DNA of 64,000 nucleotides from Mobula hypostoma (taxonomy: Eukaryota). The translations under genes were made by a program, and so were the position numbers. The notes under the pieces were generated by a model that saw only the letters and a program-made list of their open reading frames with translations, had not been told where the DNA came from and did no database searches. This document shows positions 1 through 11,892 of this stretch, piece after piece. The stretch spans positions 117,616,001 through 117,680,000 of the forward strand of contig NC_086097.1 of assembly GCF_963921235.1 (NCBI RefSeq), given 5' to 3'. Positions within the stretch are counted from its first letter, which is position 1; each line of letters starts with the position of its first letter.

Positions 1-310
1 AAATCATGCAAGTAACAGAAGCGAACGACAACAGTAGCATGCTGAGCCAAACTTAGATCCAAGTCATCGGAACAGCCCTGAGTAGGCCCAAAGCCTCAGT
101 ATCATTTCACCATATTAGCAGACAAATCACCGCAAAGTTCGCAGATATGATGCGCAGCAGCTGGGGGCAGTCTCACAGCCTCAGCGTTGTGGAGAGAGGA
201 GTTAACATCGTAGGAGAGTGAGTGAAGTCACACCGACTCTCATCACCCTCCCTCTCCAGTCCATCTGGTCCAACGTTTAAATTGTCCAAACAGTGGATTA
301 TACCTCACTT
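1..310 (-). mobile_element. Unclassified non-coding interspersed repeat, homologous to 62091-62345
   Basis: Collinear similarity to 62091 onward: aaatcatgcaa..aacaacagca..ccaaa..agatccaa..gcagcagc.ggg..agtct..cat.gt.ggaga..tttaaattg.cc.aaca. Strand inferred from the tail of the other copy at 58507. Confidence 0.6.
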
Positions 311-496
311 TCAGATCTGGGCTCTGCCATGGTGAATCATTCTGGGACTAGAACTTGCTGCCCAGCAGTTCACTTCAGGCCTAGATTTCACTGCTGAAGA
401 AGGACTTCTCGGCCTCTCCAAACTGGCTTAGGGTTTAGAATGATCTTGCCTCGCAGCTGGGTTAGTTGGACGGTCATCAAAGCCCCTTTTCAAGTA

Positions 497-662
497 ACAC
501 ACAAAATTCTGGAGGAACTCAGCAGGTTATGCAGCATCTATGGAGAAGAATCATCATCAGAATTGTTTATTCCTCTCCATAGATGCTGCCTGACCTGCTG
601 AGTTCCTCTAGCATTTGGTTAGCATTACTCTGGATTTCTAGCATCTGTAGAATCTCTTGTGT
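497..662. mobile_element. Palindromic mini-element derived from Penelope-like element termini
   Basis: Arms 509-546 (ctggaggaactcagcaggttatgcagcatctatggaga) and 574-611 are reverse complements. Same sequence family as the PLE end at 37246-37336. Confidence 0.8.
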
Positions 663-682
663 CTATAAATAGATTTGGAACA

Positions 683-1040
683 AGTGTCCAGGGGTAAATT
701 CACACCTAACATTTGGGGATCTTTTAATGGCCAGCTGGTTATAGATCAAGACCCTTGTGTTCCTATGAGGAGAAAGAATAGTCTGGAAATGTTCAGAGAC
801 TTGGATGACAGATGTAAACATACTGTAAGAGAAAAAAGGATACTTATATAAAGTTAAGGAAGCTTAAAGAAGACAACACCCTTGAGGAATTTAAAGGAGT
901 AAAAAAAATCATTCAATAAACAATTAGGAGAATGAAAACTGTCCTTGCAAGTAGGATTAAGAGGAATCTCAAGTCAGTTTATCTGCATATTAAGAACAAG
1001 AGGGTAACTAGGAAAAGATTGGTCCACTCAAGGATGAAAG
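683..1040 (+). mobile_element. Degraded CR1 LINE ORF2 fragment (EN-RT linker)
   Basis: Ends in ..YLHIKNKRVTR(E/K).IGPLKDE-like sequence, matching the linker of the other CR1 copies. Confidence 0.65.
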
Positions 1041-2533
1041 AGAAACATAAAAAACATAAAAAATAGGAGCAAGTATAGGCCATCTGGCCCATCGAGCCTG
1101 TTCCGCCATTCAATAGGATCATGGCTGGTCTGGCCATGGACTCTAATCTGCCTAACTGCCTTTTCCCCTTCACCCTTAATTCCGCTGTGATGCAAAAAGA
1201 TATGTAACTCTGGTGCAAATATATTCAGTGAGGTAGCCACCACTGCTTCCCTGGGCAGGGAATTCCACAGATTGATTCCTCTCCAGGAAAAGCAGTTTCT
1301 CCTCAACTCCGTCCTAAATATATCCCTCTGAACCTTGAGTCTATGTCTCCTAGTGCTAGTCTCGCTTACCAGTAGAAACAACTGCCCTGCCTCAACCTTG
1401 TATATCTCATTCATAATTTTATATATTTCTATGAGATTCCATCTTATTCTTCTGAATTCCAGCAAGTGTACACCCAGGCGATTCAATTACTCTTCATAGG
1501 CTAAACCTCATCTCCAGAATCAATCTGGCGAATCTCCTCTGCACTGCCTCTAAAGCCAGTATGCCTTTCCTCAAGTAAGGAGATCAGATCGGCACACAGT
1601 ACTCCAGGTGTGGCCTCACCAGTACCCTGTACCGTTGCAGCATAACCTCCTTGCGTCTAAATTCAATCCCTCTACCAATTTGCATTCTTGATAACCATCT
1701 TATCGTGATTCACTCATCTAAGTCTTTCTGCACAACAGTCTGCTGCAATCTTTCACCATTAAAATAGTAATTTGATCTTCTATTTTCTTTCCAAAGTAGA
1801 TGATGTTGAAGTTATCAATGCTGTACTCCATCTGGTAGATCATTTCCCACTCAACCTATCTATATTTCTCTGCAGATTCTCCACATCTTCCGCACAATTG
1901 ATTGTCCGCTCAGTTCAGTTTCATGAGCAAACTTAAATATGTTACACTCGGTCCCTCTTCCAAATCGTTAATGTATATAGTAAACTATTACTGACCCAGC
2001 ACTGACCCCTGTAGCACTCTGCTCATCACTGACTGCCAAGCAGAGAAGCACCCGTTCAGCCCAACTCTCTGTCTTCTATTTATTAGCCTATCCTCTATCC
2101 ATGTTAATATATTACTCCCAACTCCATGTATCCTTATCTTATGGATAAATGTTAATGTGGCATCTTATTGAGTGCCTTCTGGAAATCCAAATATAGAAGA
2201 TAATCCTGTTCCCCTCTGGCTACTGCACTTTTTATATCCTCAAAGAGCTCCAGTAATTTTGTCTAATAGGACCTGCCCTTCTTGAATCCATGCTGTGTCA
2301 GCCTGATGGAACTATTTCCATTCAGATGGTTCACTATTTCTTCCTAAATGATCGCGTCAAGCATTCAGTATGCTAAGCTAATTGGCCATTAGTTACCCAC
2401 CTTTGGCCTGACACAATATACAGTGGCAAGACATCTGCTGTCTTCCAACCCGCCGAGACATGCACAGTGTCCACAGAATTTTGGTAAATTATCACAAGTT
2501 CTTCTACAAAAACTTCTGCAATTCTTTCAGTAC
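1041..2533 (-). mobile_element. 5'-truncated degenerate CR1 LINE
   Basis: ORF 1028..1486 (LEFRRIR..FRTELRRNCFS..NLWNSLP), CR1 3'UTR and short tandem tail at 1041-1065. RT remnants lie upstream. Confidence 0.9.
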
Positions 2534-3302
2534 AATCAACACACGTAAGGATGTGCTGTGGGGGGGTAGCCCATAAGCATCGCCACACGTTCTGGCACGG
2601 ACATAGCATGCTCTCAATACCCCCAGCACACGCAGAGGTCATGTTGGTTGTTAACACAAAAGACATCTTTCACTGTACGTTTCAAAGTACATGTGATAAA
2701 TAAATAAATCAGAAATCTAAAAGAAGCAGAGCCAATGTCACAGACATGGATTTTAATTTTTACATTACAGATAAGGGTTGAATTAATTGTCCCTCAAAAA
2801 GGAGGTAGATATCTTCATTTTGTATCTGGTCTTTTGAAGCAGACACTCTTTCTGTGTTCTGTCTTAAAAAGAGGGTACCAAATACTGTAAGGGAAAGATT
2901 CAAGTATATATTTAAGAAATCCAAACTTCCTGCTGACACCTGAGATTCTCTAGTCAATGACTGATCAAAGTGGAGAAGGAGCATTCAATATGGTATTGAA
3001 AATCTTGCATCCATGCCTAAGTGTGACTGAGAAGCCCCACCTACAGTAAGTGGCTTGTCTTTAGTGCCACCTTCCTGCTCCACCTGCCCATTTTGTGAAG
3101 GAGTCTGTGATTCATCAGTTGGTCCCCATTATCTCCTTGGCATCCAGCAAATTAAAGCAGCAGATCAATTATGTAGGTAGGGGGAGACTGAGAAATTAAT
3201 TGGCTCTCCATTGTATCTGGTGATGGTGATTTGTGCAGCTCTTCCTGAGGGTGTGAACTGTATGAAAGATCCTATGTGGGAGACTTTTTAAAGCTGTTGC
3301 AC

Positions 3303-5238
3303 TACGAGGTTACAAAAGGAAACTAAGAAGGTCATTAAGAGGGAAAAGATTAACTATGAAAGGAAACTAGCAAATAATATCAAAGAGGATACTAAAAGCT
3401 TTTTCAAGTATATAAAGAGTAAGAGACAGGTGAGAGTAGATATAGGACCGATAGAAAATGATGCTGGAGTAATTCCAATGGGAGATAAGGAGATGGCGGA
3501 GGAACTGAACGAGTATTTTACATCAGTCTTCACGGAGGAAGACAGCAGCAGTATACTGGACACTCAAGGGTGGCAGGGAAGAGAAATGTGCGCAGTTACA
3601 ATTACGACAGAGAAAGTATTCAGGAAGCTGAATAGTCTAAAGGTAGATAAACCTCCCAGACCAGATGGAATGCACCTTTGTGTTCTGAAGGAAGTAGCTC
3701 TGGAGATTGCGGAGGCATTAGCGATGATCTTTCAAAAGTCGATAGATTCTGGCATGGTTCCGGAGGACTGGAAGATTGCAAATGTCACTCCGCTATTTAA
3801 GAAGTGGGCAAGGAAGCAAAAAGGAAATTATAGACCTGTTAGCTTGACATCAGTGGTTGGGAAGTTGTTGGAGTCGATTGTCAAGGATGAGGTTATAGAG
3901 TACCTGGAGGCATATGACAAGATAGGCAGAACTCTGCATGGATTCCTTAAAGGAAAATCCTGCCTGACAAAACTATTACAATTTTTTGAGGAAATTACAA
4001 GTAGGCTAGACAAGGGAGATGCAGTGGATGTTGTATATTTGGATTTTCGGAAGGCCTTTGACAAAGTTCCACACATGGGGCTACTTAACAAGATAAGAGC
4101 CCATGGAATTACAGGAAAGTTACATACGTGGATAGAGCGTTGGCTGATTGGCAGGAAACAGAGAGTGGGAATAAAGGGATCCTATTCTGGTTGGCTGCTG
4201 GTTACCAGTGGTGTTCCATAGGGGTCCGTGTTGGGGCCACTTCTTTTTACATTGTTACATCAACGATTTGGATTATGGAATAGATGGCTTTGTGGCAACG
4301 TTTGCTGATGATACAAAGATAGGTTGAGGGGCCGGTAGTGCTGAGGAAACAGAGAGTCTGCAGAGAGACTTGGATAGATTGGAAGAATGGGCAGAGAAGT
4401 GGCAAATGAATTACAGTGTTGGAAAGTGTATGGTTATGCACTTTGGCAGAAGAAATAAACAGGCAGACTATTATTTAAATGGGAAAAGAATTCAAAGTTC
4501 TGAGATGCAACGGGAATTGGGAGTCCTCATACAGGATTCCCTTAAGGTTAACCTCCAGGTTGAGTTGGTTGTGAAGAAGGTGAATGCAATGTTGGCATTC
4601 ATTTCTAGAGGAATAGAGTATAGGAGCAGGGATGTGATGTTGAGGGTCTATAAGGCGCTGGTGAGACCTCACTTGGAGTACTGTGGGCAGTTTTGGTCTC
4701 CTTATTTAAGAAAGGATGTGCTGACATTGGAGAGGGTACAGAGAATATTCACTAGAATGATTCCGGGAATGAGAGGGTTAACATATGAGGAACGTTTGTC
4801 CACTCTTGGACAGTATTCCTTGGAGTTTAGAAGAATGAGTAGAGACCTCATAGAAACATTTCGAATGTTGAGAGGCATGGACAGAGTGGATGTGGCAAAG
4901 TTATTTGCCATGGAGTCTAGTACGAGAGGGCATGACTTAAGGATTGAAGGATGCCCATTCAGAACAGAAATGCGAAGAAATTTTTTTAGCCAGAGGGTGG
5001 TGAATCTATGGAATTTGTTGCCACGGGTGACAGTGGAGGCCAAGTCATTGGGTGTATTTAAGGCAGAGATTGATAGGTATCTGAGTAGCCAGGGCATCAA
5101 AGGTTATGGTGAGAAGGCGGGAGAGTGGGACTAAATAGGATAAAATGGTTCAGCTCATGATAAAATGGCAGAGCAGACTCGATGGGCCGAATGGCCGATC
5201 CTTTGCTCCTTTGTCTTATGGTTTTATAGTTTTATGGT
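3303..5238 (+). mobile_element. 5'-truncated CR1 LINE, RT pseudogene
   Basis: ORFs 3430..4221 (NYRPVSLTS, YLDFRKAFDKVPH) and 4370..5134; FADD near 4302; stops and frameshifts; 3'UTR with (ttatggtt)-type tail. Confidence 0.95.
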
Positions 5239-5324
5239 TCCACTCTCTAAACCTCAGAAATCCGGATCTGGTGATACGAGTTGTCATCACAATTGGGGTC
5301 GTCTGTGGTTGTAGGGAATGGCTA

Positions 5325-5656
5325 TAACTTCTTCTGGGCCTTGTCACGCCCTTCAGCTCTCCATGAGCGTCGCACTGTTGATCTCATCCACCCAGTCTGC
5401 TGGAGATGACTTAGCACACTAGGACAGGCGCGTCCTTATCTCGCTGGGTTATGAGGCACGCTGGCTACTCTCGCCTGGTTTAGCTTGCCTGTTACGTGGC
5501 GTACCACGTAATGGCCGCTGTCACATGCAAACAGCTGCTTGCGGCCACAAGAGCTGATTGTCTCTTGTGGACCAAAGGTGAGTGAACTGCCCCAGAATGA
5601 ATGCGGCAAGCCCCTTTACCGGAGATGCTACCCCTCCCTAGACATCCCATGCACCC
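5325..5656 (-). mobile_element. Probable non-autonomous RTE-related retroposon
   Basis: Minus strand begins gggtgcatgggatgtctagggaggggtagcatctccggtaaaggggcttg, resembling the RTE-clade 5' motif ggtgaaggggcttg. CpG-rich relative to flanks. Confidence 0.35.
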
Positions 5657-6200
5657 ACTCAGAAATTGCAGTTCCATTCAGAACAAAAATCAGTGGGAAA
5701 CAGTTGCACTTTCTGCTGCCGGAGATACACATTCCCTGACACTTGTGTAGCATGAATGTAATCTTCCATTCGTCTGCCATGGCTCTTGTAAAGGTCTTGC
5801 CAGCTGTGTATGTGTACAGCTTTATTACCTGAAGAACTGGGGAGGTATTGACTGTTGTGCAGTGAGCATCATTATTTCTGATATCGTTGGAGCAGATGAA
5901 GATGGCTGTATCTGTGAAGCTTTTATACTGACGGCCTGCAAAGATGTCCAGAAGAATAAATTTCAGAACTTTAAAGGGACACGTATGATATCCAGGTGGA
6001 AACCTGTAGTTTGAACTTCCTGAACCACCAGATTTTCAGACAATCTTTCTGTTCTCTCTGCCCCTTTCCCTCTTTGCTATTTAAAACACACTTGCTGACG
6101 TGACTGCTCCGTTTGGCAGTGCACATGCACACACTTGAATGACATTAAACTTGAACCTGAATTTCAACTTGCTTTCTCAGTTCTCCAGTTTTGCAGAGGG

Positions 6201-6989
6201 TGTGACAGAACAGGTTGGCAATGCTAATTCTCCCGCTAACCTGGTTAGTCACTCCTCGTTTTGTCCCTGGTCTAGTTTCCCCAGTAGTTCACACACTTGC
6301 TCCCATTCTGTATGTCTTGGGAGTTCACTATTTACACACCCCAAAAGAAAAAAAACAATTGCTGGCTTGGCTAATCAAACCAGTCACTTCAGTTAATGCG
6401 CTCTACTAGTTTATGACATAAAAAATAGGATTCTAGACACAGGTATTCCAAAGAGTTTCATTTATTTTCACTCACACCGTTGCATCAGTTTGTAAACAGC
6501 AGAACGGCCTCAAAAGATCCGAGGGACAGTTTGGCGCGTCCTGAAGTAACGCCGGGGTTAGTGGGAGCAGGCGCCGTTCCCGTTCTGCGCTTCCCCACCT
6601 CGCCTTGTCCGTGCGCTCGCTCCCGATTTCCCCAGCTTCGCGGCTTTCCTTGGCTCCCACTCACCCATGCTTTTGGGTCCGTTCTACAAACTAATGTAAT
6701 GGCGTGAGTGAAAACAAAAGTAACTGTTTGGAATGTTTGTGTCTAGAATCCTTATTTTTTATGTTATAAATCAGTAGAGCACGTTAACTGTAGGGACTGG
6801 TTTGATTAGCCAAGCTAGCGATTGTTGGGGTGTGTAAATGGTGAACTGCCAAGAGCTGCAGAACGGGAGGGTAAAGTGTGTGAACTACTGGGGAAACTAG
6901 AGCAGGGACACAGAACGTGGAGGAGTGACTAAACAGTCAAAGGCTCGAGGTTAGCGGGAGAATCAGCATTGCTAACCTGTTCTGTCACA
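6201..6989. mobile_element. Foldback/MITE with ~315-bp terminal inverted repeats and TGT..ACA ends (Ginger-like)
   Basis: Arm 6201-6516 (tgtgacagaacaggttggcaatgct..) is the reverse complement of arm 6670-6989 (..agcattgctaacctgttctgtcaca). Flanks gaggg/gaagg. Confidence 0.8.
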
Positions 6990-7876
6990 GAAGGTCATCA
7001 ATGTTGCATCAGAGTGTAGAATTGTTATTTTCCATGTATCTCTTTTGTAGCTGAACTTTCCTGTGCTTGCTTGTATGTTCTTATAATCAGTTCTCTGCAT
7101 CCACTTGTTCAGCGAATTGTCCAGAAATCGTGCTACTGCTGCTTTTGTCTTTTCCTGGAAGCTGCACAGATCGTTTCTTTTTTCTGCAACAAGTATCAGG
7201 CCACTTGAATCGGGCTATTTTATAAATCAATTGTAATCACCGAAGTTTGTCTGAGTATCAGATGACCGCAATTTCTTTTTCTGTTTGCTGCTTTTGTAAC
7301 CCTTGGTAAAATGGCTGTAAGCAGCACACTTTCTGTCTCATTCTCGACTTTTAAAGAAATTGTGTATTGCAAAAACACCAGGATTCAACATCAACTTGAG
7401 ACATTAACATTGTTTCTCTCCCCATGATCTGGTGAGTATTTTTAGCATTTTATATTATTGTTTCAGATAAAGCTGTAAGTAGGTTGTCATTTATTTTCCA
7501 GTCATACAAGTGACAGGTTGTCTCTCAGGAGGAACAGTCAGCTACATAGTGCCTGACCAAGGGTGAAAAGTGAGAGGAGGGGGTGTATAAATTACACAAT
7601 GACAATGACAGAGATGACACCATGAAGGAAGATCTCAGGAGAAATTAGAATCCATCCACTGAGATGCATTTGAGGGTGGGAGGCAAGTGCAATGTGTACA
7701 GTGAGAACTCAGCGCTGTTAGCGGTGGAGGTAGGGAGCAGATGTGGGAAAGGAACGTGACTATTGACTATGTGGTGCATAAAAAAAATAATTAGCTCATT
7801 TACACTAGAGGAAGCATGCTCCTCCTCTGGGTCATTTACCTTCTGGAGATGAGTGTTCCTATCTGATTTCATCTCT

Positions 7877-8176
7877 GGCATAGAGTTTAGCACAATCACT
7901 TTATAGTGCCAGCAGTCATCAATTCCAGCTACTGTCTTTTTACATTCTCCCTGTAACCACATGTGATTCCTCTGGGTGATCCACTTTCCTGCCACGTTTC
8001 AAAGACGGTTAGTGTTAGTAAAATCGTGGGCATGCAACGTTAGTGACAGAAGCATAGCAGCACTTGTGGGCTGCCTGCTGCACAATTCTCGGACTGTGTT
8101 GGCCATTGACTCTAAACAACGCACTTCGCTGCATGTTTCCAAGTTTCGACGTTCATGTATCAATAAAGGCAATCTT
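7877..8176 (+). mobile_element. Degenerate tRNA-derived V-domain SINE (HE1-like)
   Basis: V-domain-like ttctccctgtaaccacatgtgattcctctgggtgatccactttcctgccac, with a LINE-type tail ending caataaaggcaatctt. Homologous to 56813-57113. Confidence 0.65.
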
Positions 8177-8649
8177 AAAAAGAAAGAGAAGCAATCTGAG
8201 TGACATTACCTAAAACCTATTTGAAATGGAGACATTTTTCCAACAGATTGCTCTATTCCAGCATCTTCCCTAGAGTAGATTGATTTCTTCACCCTTGTCT
8301 CCAATCAGTCTAACCCAGATCGAGGTCAGTTGAATGAGTATAGGTCAGTTAAAAAAAAAATCTCCCATTGGATGTACCCCATGATATTTTGCTGAGTCTC
8401 CTTGTTAAGGTTCTGTATAGAAGACATGCAGATATGGGGGTTGGGGAGGTCCAGAAATGATAGGCGGGGTGGGGTGAAGGAGTGCTACAAAGAAATGACA
8501 TCATAGAAGAGCACAATGCTTATTCTAGCATGACAGAATTTCTAAAATTCTCTGGAAAACATGAATTCAGGATCAGGCTTCAATTCTATATTATACAAAC
8601 CAAGAGACTGAACAAAAGACTAGCTTTAATTACCTTGGTAGCTTTAAAT

Positions 8650-9210
8650 CACAAGATGCTAGAAGTAAAGTAGAAATAAAAAGAAGAATTGCCATTGCCA
8701 AAACCAACTTCCCAAAAATGAAACCCATTTTTACCAACAGACGCATCTCTATGACAACAAGGCTTAGGCAACTAAATTGTTACATCTGGTCAATCTTGCT
8801 GTGTGCTTCCGAAACATGGACTATAACACCAGAACTTCAAAAGAAACTTAGAAGCAACAGAAATGTGGTTTCTTAGAAGAATGCTGAAAATATCATACAG
8901 AGGTAGGGTAACTAATGAGACAGTATTCCAATGTGCCCATACAAAAGGATCTTTAATGAGAACATTAAATTAGAGGAAACTTAAATTGCTGGGCCATGTC
9001 ATCAGAAACAGAGAAATAGAATGCCTTACCTTACAAGGCCGTATGCCTGGGAAACGCGGAAGAGGAAGGCCGTGAAGAAAATACATGGACACTGTGAAAG
9101 AACTAACAGATCTAAGCGTGCGAGATAACATTGACGCTGCATGGGATCGTTTGATCTGGAAAGCCATGATCGCCCAAGCGTGTAACACACAAGGCACATG
9201 AAGAAGAAGA
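8650..9210 (+). mobile_element. RTE-clade LINE 3' fragment
   Basis: Translates EIKRRIAIAK..CYIWSILLCASETWT..EATEMWFLRRMLKISY..LLGHVIR..GKRGRGRP; ends in a (gaa)n tail. Confidence 0.9.
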
Positions 9211-9456
9211 CAAACTGCTGTTTAACTCTACGTTATAGAAATCGGCAACTTCACAAAGTGTAGAGCTACAGTTTGCACATACTTGCAACAGTATGAAATG
9301 CTGAACAAAGTTCGTCAATTTGAAATAATAATTTATTTCCCACTCCACAAATGCTGGCTGTCCTACTGAATATTTTAGATTTCCAGCATCAGCAGTCATT
9401 TTGTAGAATTACAACTTTATTGAAGAATAACTAGAGGAATCTATTTGAAATCTATT

Positions 9457-9815
9457 CTAGATAGAATGGATGTGAAGAAGATGTTTAGCATAGTCAGGGA
9501 GTCTAGTACCAGAGGACATTGCCTCAGAATAGAAGGATAGCCCTTTAGAAAAAGAAATGAGGAGGAATTTTCATAGCTAGAGAGTGGTGGATCTGTGGAA
9601 TTCATTGCCACAGAAGGACAGTGGAGGCCAAGTCCTTGGGTATATTTAAAGTGAAGGTTGATAGGTTCTTGATTAGTAAGGGTGTCAAAGGTGAAGGGGA
9701 GAAGGCAAAAAAATTAGGTTGAGGGGGTTAATAAGTCAGCATGATGAAATGGCAGAGCAGGCTCGATGGGCCAATTGGCCTAATTCTGCTCCTATATCTT
9801 GTAGTCTCATTGTCT
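9457..9815 (+). mobile_element. CR1 3' end
   Basis: agaggacattgcctcagaatagaagg..ctgtggaattcattgcc..gcagagcaggctcgatgggcc 3'UTR. Confidence 0.9.
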
Positions 9816-10104
9816 TCTGGTTCCTTTAGATAATGCTACAGCGAGAGTTCATCTTCTGGATTATATTTGCCTTAGGACACATATCAGAGCTTTTAAGAAA
9901 ACTGGGGGAAAATATTCCTCCCAATTCATTCATCTCAACCTTATTTTTGAGATCCGAAAGCAGGAGTCCACTGCAGGAACCAGCTTAACGTCACTGTTAT
10001 CACAATAACTGAATGAATCATTGATTATATCGAATATGTTAGAAGTAATGAAGGCCTCGCATTTTTAAATACATTCCCATCTTCAGATCCAGATGTTGGA
10101 TTTA

Positions 10105-10652
10105 CACTCAGTGGTCACGATATTAGATACACCTGTATACCTGCTCATAAATGCAAATACCTAATCAGCCAATCGTGTGGCAGCAACCGATGCAGACACA
10201 GTCAAGAGGTTGTTCAGACCAAACATCAGGATGGGGAAGAAGTATGATCTAAGTGACTTTGACTGTGGAATGATTGTGGGTGCCAGATGAGGTGGTTTGA
10301 GTATCTCTGAAACTGTGGATCTGCTGTGATTTTCATGTGCAACAGTCTCTTGAGTTTACAGAGAATGGTACAAAAACCAAAAGAAATCTAGTGAGCGGCA
10401 GTTCCGTGGGTGATCACACCTTGTTAATGAGAGAGGTCAGAGGAGAATAGACGCATTGGTTCAAGCTTAAAGGAAGGCAACAGTAACCCAAGTAACTATA
10501 CATTACAACAGTGGTGTGCAGAGGAGCATCTCTGAATGAACAGCATGTCGAACCTAGAAGTGGATCAGCAACAGCAGCAGAAGACTATGTACATTCACTT
10601 AATAGCCAATTTACTGTATACAGGCAGAACCTAATAAAGTGGCCACTGAGTT
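10105..10652 (+). mobile_element. Internally deleted Tc1/mariner DNA transposon
   Basis: TIRs cactcagtggtcac..attag / ctaataaagtggccactgagt, TA flanks, and a paired-HTH remnant MGKKYDLSDFDCGMIVGAR*GGLSISET. Confidence 0.88.
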
Positions 10653-10695
10653 TATATAGCTGTCCTTTATATTTCTGCACACTTTATATTTCATA

Positions 10696-10930
10696 TTTGT
10701 GTTGGGCACGCGGCCAAGTGGTTAAGGCGTTTGTCTAGTGATCTGAAGGTCACTAGTTCGAGCCTCAGCTGTGGCAGCATGTTTGTATCCTTGAGCAAGG
10801 CACGAAACCACACATTGCTCTAGTGTTTGTGCGAGCTGTGGTGCCCCACACAGACTTACGATCTGTGCCTTGTAAGGCATAAAAATGTCTGACACAGGCC
10901 TCTCATGGTCTGAATCGATGTTCCCTCCCC
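10696..10930 (+). mobile_element. tRNA-derived SINE with CORE-like domain, tail type A
   Basis: A box cggccaagtgg, B box agttcgagcc, ccttgagcaaggcac core. 12-bp TSD ttatatttcata at 10684-10695 and 10931-10942. Confidence 0.85.
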
Positions 10931-11489
10931 TTATATTTCATAGCCTTTTGTGTTATGATGGCATTGTATTGAAGAGCAGGTTGAAAAATCACCATCAAAG
11001 CTTAGACAAAGTTTTGAACATTATCATTAATAGTACAAAATATTGTACATTGCTTTGACAATAGCAAGACTTTAGGAGCTAATATATTTCTGAAATAATC
11101 GAATTGAGTGCACGTAAATAAGCACAAGAACAATTACAAAATAGGCTTCCCTACTTAATAGGATTTATTCACAATGAGTAAAATGCATTGCTAAATTCCG
11201 CATTTGGGATTCAAGCACTTGAGACAAAATAAAAGCCGTTTAGAAACATGATTATGGATGTGAAAATAACTGAAAGAAATTGAACTGTTTTTATTTAATT
11301 TAAAGTCTTAGCAAATATAGAAGAACTGTACAAAAGAACAACAAAAGAATTAACCAATGTCAATAAATCAAAAAGAAATGACCCACCTGAAGGGTTAGAC
11401 TTAGAAAGAAAGCAAGTGGTGATTTCAAGAAAGAATTCATAGACTAAGCAGAACTGGGAATGGTTTAAGAAAATGAAATGCAGGCACTG

Positions 11490-11781
11490 AAGGCATGATA
11501 GAAGGATGTCCCTTTAGAACAGAGAAGAAGAGGAATTTCTTTAGCCAGAGGATGATGAATCTGCGGAATTCATTGCCACAGACATCTGTGGAAGCCAAAT
11601 AATTGGGTATTTTTAAAGCAAGGGTTGAAATGTTCTTGATTAGTAAAGGTGCTAAGGTTCTGAAGAGAAGGCAGGAGAATGGGTTGATAGGGATAATAAA
11701 TCAGCCATAATAGAATGGCAGAGCTGACTTGAAGGGTGAATGGCCTAATTCTTCTATATCCTATGATCTTATGGTCTTATG
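11490..11781 (+). mobile_element. CR1 3' end
   Basis: ORF2 C-terminal remnant, 3'UTR and (atggtctt)n tail. Confidence 0.9.
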
Positions 11782-11892
11782 ATTCAAGGTTTGGTTAAAA
11801 GAATTACACTTTGACAACTTGTGAACAAATACAACATCACTTGGTTGCAAAATACTCGTTTAATACAAAATGACTCCAATTCAAAATGCAAT

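Noticed and set aside
10700..10775. tRNA-like sequences (also 29170, 45280, 50293)
   Set aside because: SINE heads with bodies, tails and in most cases TSDs; not tRNA genes.
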